A DNA stretch of 32,000 bases from Nostoc sp. PCC 7120 = FACHB-418. GTDB taxonomy: Bacteria > Cyanobacteriota > Cyanobacteriia > Cyanobacteriales > Nostocaceae. The notes below the pieces were generated by a model. That model had not been told where the DNA came from. It was given only the letters and a program-made list of their open reading frames with translations, and searched no databases. The position numbers were made by a program, and so were the translations under genes. This document shows, one piece after another, positions 8,974-16,517 of the stretch (within the stretch, counting starts at the first letter, position 1; each line of letters opens with the position of its first letter). The stretch lies in NCBI RefSeq assembly GCF_000009705.1, contig NC_003272.1:780001-812000 (forward strand). Direction: 5' to 3'.

Positions 8974-9317
8974 ATAACTGGACTTTAGAACAAACTGCAT
9001 TTCGGTGCGATCGCCTTTCTGTACGTCTTGAACGATTAGCACAGAACTTTCTGCAAATGGCATCTCTCAGTTTGGATGGGGTTAATGGGGAAGCTGTACT
9101 TGGGATTGTTAGAGAAAGTAAAGTATTTTTAGAACTGACAGCGATTGATTTAGATGTGGACAGTGCCTTTGAACTGGCTCAAATGCAACGTCAATTGTCT
9201 CGATGGCATATTCATTGGTGGTCAACTTGGGCAAGTGATTCTAGTCGTCTGGAAATTTCAACTTTGTCTCAAACCTGGGCAAATCGAATTAAACAGATGG
9301 CAAGAGTTCTGGTTTAA
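8970..9317 (+). CDS. Hypothetical protein, translationally coupled to the DUF5674-like gene
   Basis: 115-aa ORF. Its ATG overlaps the upstream TGA (ATGA), and AGGAGG lies at 8961-8966. It looks helical, with a Trp-rich C-terminal part (SRWHIHWWSTWASD). No family recognised. Confidence 0.55.
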   Translation: MNNWTLEQTAFRCDRLSVRLERLAQNFLQMASLSLDGVNGEAVLGIVRESKVFLELTAIDLDVDSAFELAQMQRQLSRWHIHWWSTWASDSSRLEISTLSQTWANRIKQMARVLV

Positions 9318-9345
9318 ATTCCCATCTCTTAACTTTGATATGCTT

Positions 9346-9552
9346 AGTGCGATGCCTGCGGCGGGCGTAGCCATCGCCTATCTTGTGGGGTGCTTACTCC
9401 GCCGATAAATTCCTCTTAACGTACCAAGATTGTGGACTTTAATCAAGCGATCGCAGTCTAGAAGTGTTAGATTTACTGTTAAACATATTTGAGTGCGATC
9501 GCTCAATATTCATTTTCTTGTGCTTCCTTAACTACTATGTAACTGCGATCGC
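9346..9552. repeat. Cassette-terminal repeat, copy B
   Basis: Starts 29 bp after the 8970-9317 stop and is near-identical to copy A. The sequence just beyond it (about 9553-9567, CAATATCCAAACAAAG) reappears at the left edge of the second ATPase repeat (13129-13144). Confidence 0.85.
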
Positions 9553-9687
9553 TCAATATCCAAACAAAGTGCGATCGCCGATCTTGTAGGATGCATTAAT
9601 GAAATGTAATGCACCTTTTGGATGCTTATTATTTCTGCGATACGCTTTTTCGCTAAATTATAATCAGGGAAACAGCAAGATGAGATT

Positions 9688-9927
9688 ATGAACTTAGATA
9701 CAATTCAACAAGATATTGAGTCTCTTCCTCCCGATGCACAACAAATCATAGTGGATCTCGTAGAAGTTCTGAAAAAACGCTACCTTCTGAATCAACACGA
9801 ATCTTCAGCAAATTCCTTACAAGACTGGTCAGACTTTATCGGTTGCATAGAAGCTGAAACAGACCTCTCAAAAAACTATAAAAACTACTTAGACCATGAA
9901 CTTAACCAAAAATATGATCATAGTTGA
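9688..9927 (+). CDS. Type II antitoxin, DUF2281-like
   Basis: 79-aa ORF. The N-terminal IQQDIESLPPDAQQIIVDLVEVLKKRY matches the DUF2281 antitoxin pattern. It overlaps the downstream PIN gene. Confidence 0.6.
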   Translation: MNLDTIQQDIESLPPDAQQIIVDLVEVLKKRYLLNQHESSANSLQDWSDFIGCIEAETDLSKNYKNYLDHELNQKYDHS

Positions 9928-10339
9928 TACAGGCTTTTGGTTAGCTCTTGCCAATAAAAAAGATACAGTTCATATATCCGCCAAAAAACGATTTCAAGAT
10001 TTAGCTAATCAGCAATTTATTACGACTTGGTGTGTCGTCACGGAAACGTGCTATCTATTACAAAAAAGAGTAGGAGTAGATGCTCCAAAAATCTTTATTC
10101 ATAAAATTTCTACAGGAAAGCTACAAATCTTTGATCTGAAACAACATCATTGCCAGCGTATTGAAGAACTGATGGAAAAATATAAAGACTTACCGATGGA
10201 TTTAGCCGATGCCTCTCTCGTTATTTTGGCAGAAGAATTAGGTCATGGTCAAATTTTATCGGTTGATTATCGAGACTTCAACACCTATCGCTGGAAAAAT
10301 ACAGAACCTTTTGATAACCTCTTTCAGGAATTTTTATGA
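9896..10339 (+). CDS. PIN-domain toxin (VapC-like ribonuclease)
   Basis: PIN acidic residues occur in the expected context: IIVDTGFWLAL, VVTETCYLL, PMDLADASLVILAEE, SVDYRDF. The start is either 9896 or, more likely, the ATG at 9914 (MIIVDTG). Confidence 0.75.
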   Translation: MNLTKNMIIVDTGFWLALANKKDTVHISAKKRFQDLANQQFITTWCVVTETCYLLQKRVGVDAPKIFIHKISTGKLQIFDLKQHHCQRIEELMEKYKDLPMDLADASLVILAEELGHGQILSVDYRDFNTYRWKNTEPFDNLFQEFL

Positions 10340-10342
10340 CGT

Positions 10343-10453
10343 AGTGCGACTATAAATTCCTGGGAATGTAGCAGGATTATAGAATTTAATCAAGCGATCG
10401 CAGTCTAGAAGTGTTAGATTTACTGTTAAACATATTTGAGTGCGATCGCTCAA
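10343..10453. repeat. Cassette-terminal repeat, copy C (short form)
   Basis: Starts 4 bp after the PIN gene stop. It equals copies A/B minus the internal tgcctgcggcgggcgtagcc...ctccgcc block and keeps the AGCGATCGCA...TGCGATCGCT hairpin core. Confidence 0.85.
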
Positions 10454-12081
10454 ACAAAGAAATCAATCATACAAAATACTTACGCCCGAATCACAGTAAT
10501 CCTACGCTGATTTTCTGTCACCACAACCTGAGTTGACAAACGTTCTTCCATTGGCAAAGCATTTTTCCGCCTATCAAACACAAATAACCAACCAAAATCC
10601 AACCCCAAACGCCCTAAATAGGATTCTAACTGCTCAATCCCCTCAGCTTGGGGGTCACGCTTTTTCTCCCGCCATACCTTTAACTCAATACCTAACGTGA
10701 CATCTTTGTAACGCAGACATAAATCCATTCTGTCGCTACCAATTGCATATTCCCGTTCTAGGGTTCCACCACCATTAACAACACGATGCAAGAAAGCCAT
10801 TAATACGATATGCGGTGCAATTTCATGATAGCCAGTGCTACCTAATAACGGTTCTCCATGCTGTCGCCAAAACTTGAGAAATGCTGCAAGTAACGCATCT
10901 ATATTTAACTCTCCTTCTGGGGTTAACCAAGTTGGTGCAATCACTGGTAAAGAAGCCATTGGTGTCACCGTTAACACCCTGGGCAAAACTTCTCGATAAA
11001 TGGGATTAGCAATGGTTAATCCACCTTGGGGGTGCATTTTACATAAACCTAAATCAATCACAAATTGAATGTCATCATTGGGTATATCCCCCAATTCCAA
11101 ACCCGCTAACATCGGCTCGATAATTGCTTTGATTCTTGGTTCTCGTAAGCGTTCAGCTAAACTATCAAGATGAGTATCTTGACGAGCAATTAATATTTCT
11201 TTAGCTTGTAAAATATGTTCTTTAGTAATAGCAATACTTCTATCTTTCACCATTTTTTCCACAACTTCTTTAGCCAGAGCATTCACTAACCAAGGTTGTC
11301 CTTGGGTTAAATCAAAGGCTGTTGCAGTTGCTTCTGGTGTGAAAATTTGTCCTGTTGCTGCTGTATGTTGTTGATATAGTTCTACAACTTCTTCGGCATT
11401 AAAATTTCTCAGAGTAATGGAAGTGACTTTAATATTAAAAGGACTGGATGTGTTTAACCTGTCACTACCACCGGATGCTACTTTATAATCTCGCACATCC
11501 CGTAAACCAATTAATCCTACTGATGAGGGGAAATTTTCTGGACGACTGCGATAGCCTTCACGTAACTGTCGTAAAACTGAAATTAATGTTTGGTCTTGTA
11601 AGGAATCAATTTCATCTATAAGTAATACTAACGGACGCTTGATAGCTCTTGACCAAGCTCTTAAATTTTCGCCAATTCTCTGTCCAGGCGCATTATAAAC
11701 CCAATTTGGGGGTTGTAGTTCTGGGGGTAAGTTATCTTCAATTGTATTCTGCCAAGTTCCCAAAATTGCTAATTCTGCTGCACTGGGGTCATGATTAAAT
11801 GCACTTCCTACCTCTACCGATACCATTACTGCTGCATAAAGTCCTGTATCGGTAAGTTGCTGTGCTAGAGCTAACATTGCTGTGGTTTTCCCTGTTTGTC
11901 GCGGTGCATGAAGGACAAAATAACTTTCTTGTTCAATCAGCAATGATAAGTCGGGGAGACGACTTGTGGCTGAGATGGTGTAGTGCTTTTCAGGGTTACA
12001 AGGGCCTGCAATGTTGAACCAGCGAGACATGGGATTTTGGCAGTTGGCGGACACTTTGAGTTTAGACGATTTTGGAGTTGG
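10451..12081. repeat. 1.63-kb direct repeat, copy 1 (contains the intact ATPase gene)
   Basis: Aligns with 13136-14772 from caaacaaagaaatcaatc to gattttggRgttgg. The part encoding the C-terminal two thirds of the protein is near-identical. The part encoding the N-terminal third contains divergent patches. Confidence 0.9.
10480..12030 (-). CDS. P-loop ATPase with C-terminal PD-(D/E)XK nuclease-like domain
   Basis: Walker A is HAPRQTGKTT and Walker B is LVLLIDEID. The C-terminus has EREY...DRMDLCLRYKDVTLGIELKVW (D...E-x-K). The ATG at 12030 (MSRWFNIAGPC) is preferred over the GTG at 12054 because the paralog starts at the equivalent ATG. Confidence 0.8.
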   Translation of the reverse strand: MSRWFNIAGPCNPEKHYTISATSRLPDLSLLIEQESYFVLHAPRQTGKTTAMLALAQQLTDTGLYAAVMVSVEVGSAFNHDPSAAELAILGTWQNTIEDNLPPELQPPNWVYNAPGQRIGENLRAWSRAIKRPLVLLIDEIDSLQDQTLISVLRQLREGYRSRPENFPSSVGLIGLRDVRDYKVASGGSDRLNTSSPFNIKVTSITLRNFNAEEVVELYQQHTAATGQIFTPEATATAFDLTQGQPWLVNALAKEVVEKMVKDRSIAITKEHILQAKEILIARQDTHLDSLAERLREPRIKAIIEPMLAGLELGDIPNDDIQFVIDLGLCKMHPQGGLTIANPIYREVLPRVLTVTPMASLPVIAPTWLTPEGELNIDALLAAFLKFWRQHGEPLLGSTGYHEIAPHIVLMAFLHRVVNGGGTLEREYAIGSDRMDLCLRYKDVTLGIELKVWREKKRDPQAEGIEQLESYLGRLGLDFGWLFVFDRRKNALPMEERLSTQVVVTENQRRITVIRA

Positions 12082-12379
12082 GTATTTTTTTCTGTTTAAA
12101 CTCTGTGGGAGTCAACCAGTATAAATAAAAACTTCCTATTAAGTCCTCTCTGTTTGGTAGGAATAGTACTTAACCCGGATCACATTCTGCACCTATTTGA
12201 GTATTTTTTTATACTTTATTTTATCAAGAGTTTTGTGAAAAATTCTGTTTAATATCCGAAGAAGGATATGAAAAAGAGATTTTTTGTATAATTTTATATA
12301 ATAATGAGGTGATAAACTAAATATATTTCAGGTTTTGATGATGTTTTCAATAGATAAGATACTGATTTGATTAATTGCC

Positions 12380-12952
12380 ATGACAAATCAAGGGCTTGAG
12401 TCGATTAGTGTGAATGAACAGACAATTTACTGGGCAGTGCGTTCTGGAGTTGCCGTAGGAGTACAGAAATATACAAAAACTCATGTGACTGGTGGCTATG
12501 GAGATTCAGCTCCATCCTCTCAAATTGAGACGATTATAGAGTTTTCTCTTCAACAAGAGAGTGGAAATGAAATTGAGATGAAATTTAGAAGAGAAGACAT
12601 TCGAGTTCGAGACGGTCAGAGGGTATCAGCAGTTTTTGGCTATACCGAAAGTAAAACTAGCTACTGGCTAATCTTTATCAACCATGATAGTAACAAATGG
12701 TATTGGGTAGATACACCTTATTCATTTTTTAGGAAGCTTGAAATATTTGTATTGTTATCAGATTGGTGGATTGCATTTTTTCTAGCAGTCATTGCTATCT
12801 CTCTAGTTGTCTCTTCAGAGTGGGCGATTTTTGGAATAATTGTTGGAACTTTTGGAATTATATTTCTTATAATTCAGAGATGTCGATGTCAATTAGCTTG
12901 GAATATGGTAAAGCCTCAAATTATTGAGATATTATCTCAATTAAGAGAATAA
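12380..12952 (+). CDS. Hypothetical two-TM membrane protein in AT-rich DNA
   Basis: 190-aa ORF with a soluble N-terminal about 125 aa followed by two hydrophobic helices (IFVLLSDWWIAFFLAVIAISLVV, WAIFGIIVGTFGIIFLII). The gene and its upstream region are visibly AT-rich compared with the flanks. Confidence 0.6.
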   Translation: MTNQGLESISVNEQTIYWAVRSGVAVGVQKYTKTHVTGGYGDSAPSSQIETIIEFSLQQESGNEIEMKFRREDIRVRDGQRVSAVFGYTESKTSYWLIFINHDSNKWYWVDTPYSFFRKLEIFVLLSDWWIAFFLAVIAISLVVSSEWAIFGIIVGTFGIIFLIIQRCRCQLAWNMVKPQIIEILSQLRE

Positions 12953-13135
12953 AGTAATTTTCCATTCATGAAAAGCAGTTGCTGCGTTAACCGGTCGAAC
13001 AATCTGCTTGCACACTGACTGTATTGAAATGCTTGATTAAGAACGAAAGTTTACTAGCGGCGGATGAAGAGGCGCGTTAAACATCTTTGAAAAAAGCGAT
13101 GGGCAAAGCCCGGTCTCCGACCATCGCGCAATATC

Positions 13136-14772
13136 CAAACAAAGAAATCAATCGTAAAAAATACTCACGCCCGAATCACAGTAATCCGACGCTGATTTTC
13201 CGTCAGCACAACCTGAGTTGACAAACGTTCTTCCATTGGGAGGGCATTTTTACGCCTGTCAAACACAAATAACCAACCAAAATCCAACCCCAAACGAGCT
13301 AAGTAGGATTCTAACTGCTCAATTCCCTCAGCTTGGGGGTCACGCTTTTTCTCCCGCCATACCTTTAACTCGATACCTAACATGACATCTTTGTAACGCA
13401 GACATAAATCCATTCTGTCACTACCAATTGCATATTCCCGTTCTAGGGTTCCACCACCATTAACAACACGATGTAAGAAAGCCATTAATACGATGTGAGG
13501 GGCGATTTCATGATAGCCAGTGCTACCTAATAACGGTTCTCCATGCTGTCGCCAAAACTTGAGAAATGCTGCCAGTAGCCCATCTATATTTAACTCTCCT
13601 TCTGGGGTTAACCAAGTGGGTGCAATCACTGGTAAAGAAGCCATTGGTGTCACCGTTAACACCCTGGGCAAAACTTCTCGATAAATGGGATTAGCAATGG
13701 TTAATCCACCTTGGGGGTGCATTTTACATAAACCTAAATCAATCACAAATTGAATGTCATCATTGGGTATATCCCCCAATTCCAAACCCGCTAACATCGG
13801 CTCGATAATTGCTTTGATTCTTGGTTCTCGTAAGCGTTCAGCTAAACTATCAAGATGAGTATCTTGACGAGCAATTAATATTTCTTTAGCTTGTAAAATA
13901 TGTTCTTTAGTAATAGCAATACTTCTATCTTTCACCATTTTTTCCACAACTTCTTTAGCCAGAGCATTCACTAACCAAGGTTGTCCTTGGGTTAAATCAA
14001 AGGCTGTTGCTGTGGCTTCTGGTGTGAAAATTTGTCCTGTTTCTTGTGTATGTTGTTGATATAGTTCTGCCACTTCCTCGGCATTGAAATTTCTCAGGGT
14101 AATGGAAGTGACTTTAATATTAAAAGGACTGGATGTGTTTAATCTGTCACTCCCACCGGATGCTACTTTATAATCTCGCACATCTCTTAAACCGATTAAT
14201 CCCACCGATGAGGGAAAATTTTCTGGACGATTAGGAAAACCATCTCGTAATTGTCGTAAAACTGAAATTAATGTTTGGTCTTGTAAGGAATCAATTTCAT
14301 CTATAAATAATACTATTGGAAGATTTATAGCTCTTGACCAAGCTCTTAAAAAAGCCTTAATTCTATTTCCTGCTTCTTGCTGTTGCGATTGTTTAGCTGA
14401 TGGTTGTAATTCTGGAGGTAATCTATCCTCAATCGTATCATACCAAGTTCCCAAAATTGCCAATTCTGCCGCACCTGGATCATGATTGAATGCACTTCCC
14501 ACCTCGACCGATACCATTACTGCTGCATAACGTCCTGTATCAGTAAGTTGCTGTGCTAAAGCTAACATTGTGGTGGTTTTCCCTGTTTGTCATGGTGCAT
14601 GAAGGACAAAATAACTACGCTGTTGGATTAGCTCCTCCAAATCTGGTAATCGTGTTGTTGGAGATAGCATATAGTGGATATCGTCTTCACATGGACCTGC
14701 AATATTGAACCAGCGAGGCATGGGATTTTGGCAGTTGGCGGACACTTTGAGTTTAGACGATTTTGGGGTTGG
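13136..14772. repeat. 1.63-kb direct repeat, copy 2 (contains the disrupted ATPase gene)
   Basis: See 10451-12081. It ends about 185 bp from the right recombination core. Confidence 0.9.
13165..14721 (-). pseudogene. P-loop ATPase/PD-(D/E)XK paralog inactivated by an in-frame TGA beside the Walker A motif
   Basis: Manual translation from the ATG at 14721 gives MPRWFNIAGPCEDDIHYMLSPTTRLPDLEELIQQRSYFVLHAP*QTGKTTTMLALAQQL. The TGA at 14590-14592 corresponds to CGA (Arg) in copy 1. The 467-aa ORF in the track restarts after the P-loop. Confidence 0.8.
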
Positions 14773-14956
14773 AGTGAGGCAATGTAGGGAAAAGTTAGGT
14801 AACGCCTGAGAAAAGCAAATAACTTTTAGTAGATAAAAATAAATGGATTGATGATATTTCTGGAGTGGCTTTATTGCCTAATTTAAGGAAAAATCAGGGA
14901 ATCATTGCACCTATCCTGGTAAATCCTGACTACATAAGCAATTTCCTAATTTATTT

Positions 14957-14972
14957 CCATATAACTGCTGTG
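14957..14972. repeat. 16-bp recombination core (right copy) CCATATAACTGCTGTG
   Basis: Identical to 5522-5537 and lies inside the hupL reading frame. Confidence 0.95.
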
Positions 14973-15467
14973 CGGCCATTGTCCGCCAAACAGGGCGTAA
15001 ATTTCTACGGGTTTGCTGGAAATGGTCACGCCGAGTTCATAAGATTTACCTGTGTAGGCAGAAAAGCGGCGGACGGCTTCATCGTAGAAGCGGCTACTAC
15101 GGTATTTTTTATTTGTTAGGTCAATGGCGAACAATCCATAAAAGTAGCGGGGGATGCTTTGGATGGTTTCGACAATTTGACCGAGGTTTCTGGCTAAGAT
15201 GGCGTTGCGGGGAACGGTTGTATTCCATGCTGTATCTAATGCCCATGATGCAGAGGTTAAGTGAGAAGCACCGCAGATACCGCAGATACGAGGCGTAACA
15301 ATTAATCCAGCTTGGGGGTCTTTACCACGAAGAATGATTTCAAAGCCGCGAAATAGTTCGGCGTGTGTCCAGGCGTTAACTACCCTTCCGTCTTCTATTT
15401 CCACACGGACATCTAAATCACCCTCGACTCTACCGACGGGTGATATATCTAATGTTTTGATTGTCAT
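14957..15467 (-). CDS. hupL: Uptake [NiFe]-hydrogenase large subunit HupL, 5' segment (interrupted gene)
   Basis: MTIKTLDISPVGRVEGDL... carries the N-terminal Ni-Fe ligand motif RICGICGASH. The frame runs to ...GGQWPHSSYM and then meets a stop 3 codons into element DNA (EIN*). Confidence 0.95.
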
Positions 15468-15470
15468 ATT

Positions 15471-15535
15471 TGTTAGTTGTTGGTTGTCGGTTGTCGGTTG
15501 TCAGTAGCAACTGACCATTGACTACTGACCACTGA
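15471..15535. repeat. hupS-hupL intergenic STRR heptamers with complementary arm (hairpin potential)
   Basis: tgttagttgttggttgtcggttgtcggttgtcagt is followed by actgaccattgactactgaccactgac. The two halves are imperfectly complementary around a short loop (agca). Confidence 0.6.
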
Positions 15536-16498
15536 CTAAACTGTGAAAAAGTCTTCTTCTGCCCATTTGGGGGCTGTGTCTTTAGCCACCATTGTGAGGA
15601 CAGCGTAGTTTTTATTGCTTACTCCTGGCGGTAGTTCTTTGGGTACTCCCATGATGGTTTGGGTTTTAAATACGGTTCCGGGTTTGAGGTCGAAGAAGGG
15701 GAACTCTGGTTCTGTGCAACCTAAACAGGGCATTCCGGCGCGGGTTTTGGAGGAGACGCGATTCCAGAGGATGCGGTTGCAGGAGGAATGAGTCATGGGG
15801 CCGCGACAACCCAAGTCGTAGAATAAACAGCCTTTGCGTTGTCCAAATTCGGCGGTGGTGGCTTTGTAGGCGAAGTGGACGTTACGAGTACAGCCTGTTT
15901 GGGTGAAGGTGTTAAAGAAGGTTTGGGGGCGATTGAGTTCATCGAGGGCGATGTCGCCGATGCGTCCGGTAGCGATCGCCACTAATATCTGCGTAATCCA
16001 ATCGGGATGGGCTGGACAACCGGGAATATTGATGACTGGTAGCCCTGATTTGGTGCGGAAATCTTGACCCAAGAAACCGCCACCTTTGCGTTTGAGGAAT
16101 TGCAAGCCTTGGGATTCGCTGGGGTTTGGTTCCATTGCGGGGATTCCTCCCCAGGTGGCGCAGTCTCCCACGGCGACGACAAAACTAGCGGCTTGGGCGA
16201 GGTCGGTTAGCCAATCTTTCATGGGGCGATCGGCAAAACGGTTCCATTCGCCTGTACCGTTGGGGGCGTTAACTACAGTGCCTTCAAAGACCAAAATGTC
16301 TAGAGGGATTTTGCCTAAGATGCAATCCCAAAGTAAGGTTTGTAAGTTGTCGCCTAGTTCCAGTCCTAAGGAAGGATGCCAAAGTACCTTGATCCCAAAA
16401 TCAGCAATTAAATCGCATACTGTCGGTTCTTCGGCGTTGAGAAAAGACATGGTGTTGCCTGAACAAGCACCACCTTGCAGCCAGAGTACGTTAGTCAT
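15536..16498 (-). CDS. hupS: Uptake [NiFe]-hydrogenase small subunit HupS
   Basis: 320 aa. The N-terminal WLQGGACSGN and later GDCATWGGIP, PGCPAHPDW, CRGP...C and CLGCTEPEFP Fe-S cluster ligand motifs are present. There is no twin-arginine signal peptide, as is usual for cyanobacterial HupS. It lies immediately upstream of hupL. Confidence 0.95.
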   Translation of the reverse strand: MTNVLWLQGGACSGNTMSFLNAEEPTVCDLIADFGIKVLWHPSLGLELGDNLQTLLWDCILGKIPLDILVFEGTVVNAPNGTGEWNRFADRPMKDWLTDLAQAASFVVAVGDCATWGGIPAMEPNPSESQGLQFLKRKGGGFLGQDFRTKSGLPVINIPGCPAHPDWITQILVAIATGRIGDIALDELNRPQTFFNTFTQTGCTRNVHFAYKATTAEFGQRKGCLFYDLGCRGPMTHSSCNRILWNRVSSKTRAGMPCLGCTEPEFPFFDLKPGTVFKTQTIMGVPKELPPGVSNKNYAVLTMVAKDTAPKWAEEDFFTV

Positions 16499-16517
16499 TG
16501 GCTATTAGTTTGTATAT

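Larger units (their letters stand above)
5522..14972. mobile_element. hupL developmental excision element (XisC-type), bounded by 16-bp direct repeats
   Basis: The insertion splits hupL. Perfect 16-bp direct repeats flank it, with 9,419 bp between the cores (9,435 bp including one core). A XisA/XisC-family recombinase gene starts 115 bp inside the left border. Removal restores the hupL frame. Confidence 0.92.

Noticed and set aside
9154-9408. 84-aa plus-strand ORF running from inside the 115-aa gene into the intergenic repeat
   Set aside because: It is out of frame with the better-supported 8970-9317 ORF. Its C-terminus (MPAAGVAIAYLVGCLLRR) is just a translation of the cassette-terminal repeat, which also occurs at 8321-8390 without an equivalent upstream ORF.
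8319-10453. Canonical attC sites (RYYYAAC ... GTTRRRY at the hairpin termini) in the cassette-terminal repeats
   Set aside because: GTTRRRY-type heptamers occur only in the loop. The stem ends are HIP1 (GCGATCGC) based, so the repeats do not satisfy the canonical attC layout by eye. The integron idea is kept only as a testable hypothesis.
13165-14568. 467-aa ORF that could be read as an intact second ATPase gene
   Set aside because: Its first Met lies after the Walker A motif. Upstream, the same frame continues through QTGKTTT to an in-frame TGA, and then to a conserved N-terminus starting at 14721. It is therefore the tail of a nonsense-disrupted paralog and is reported as pseudogene 13165-14721.
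14865-15119. 84-aa plus-strand ORF crossing the right recombination core
   Set aside because: It is antisense to the hupL 5' segment and extends into element-border DNA. No motif or ribosome-binding site was seen, so it is most likely spurious.
16086-16508. 140-aa ORF antisense to hupS (also 15982-16182 minus, out of frame)
   Set aside because: It is fully embedded in the strongly supported hupS coding region and has a Ser/Pro/Ala-rich, low-complexity-like composition typical of antisense frames.
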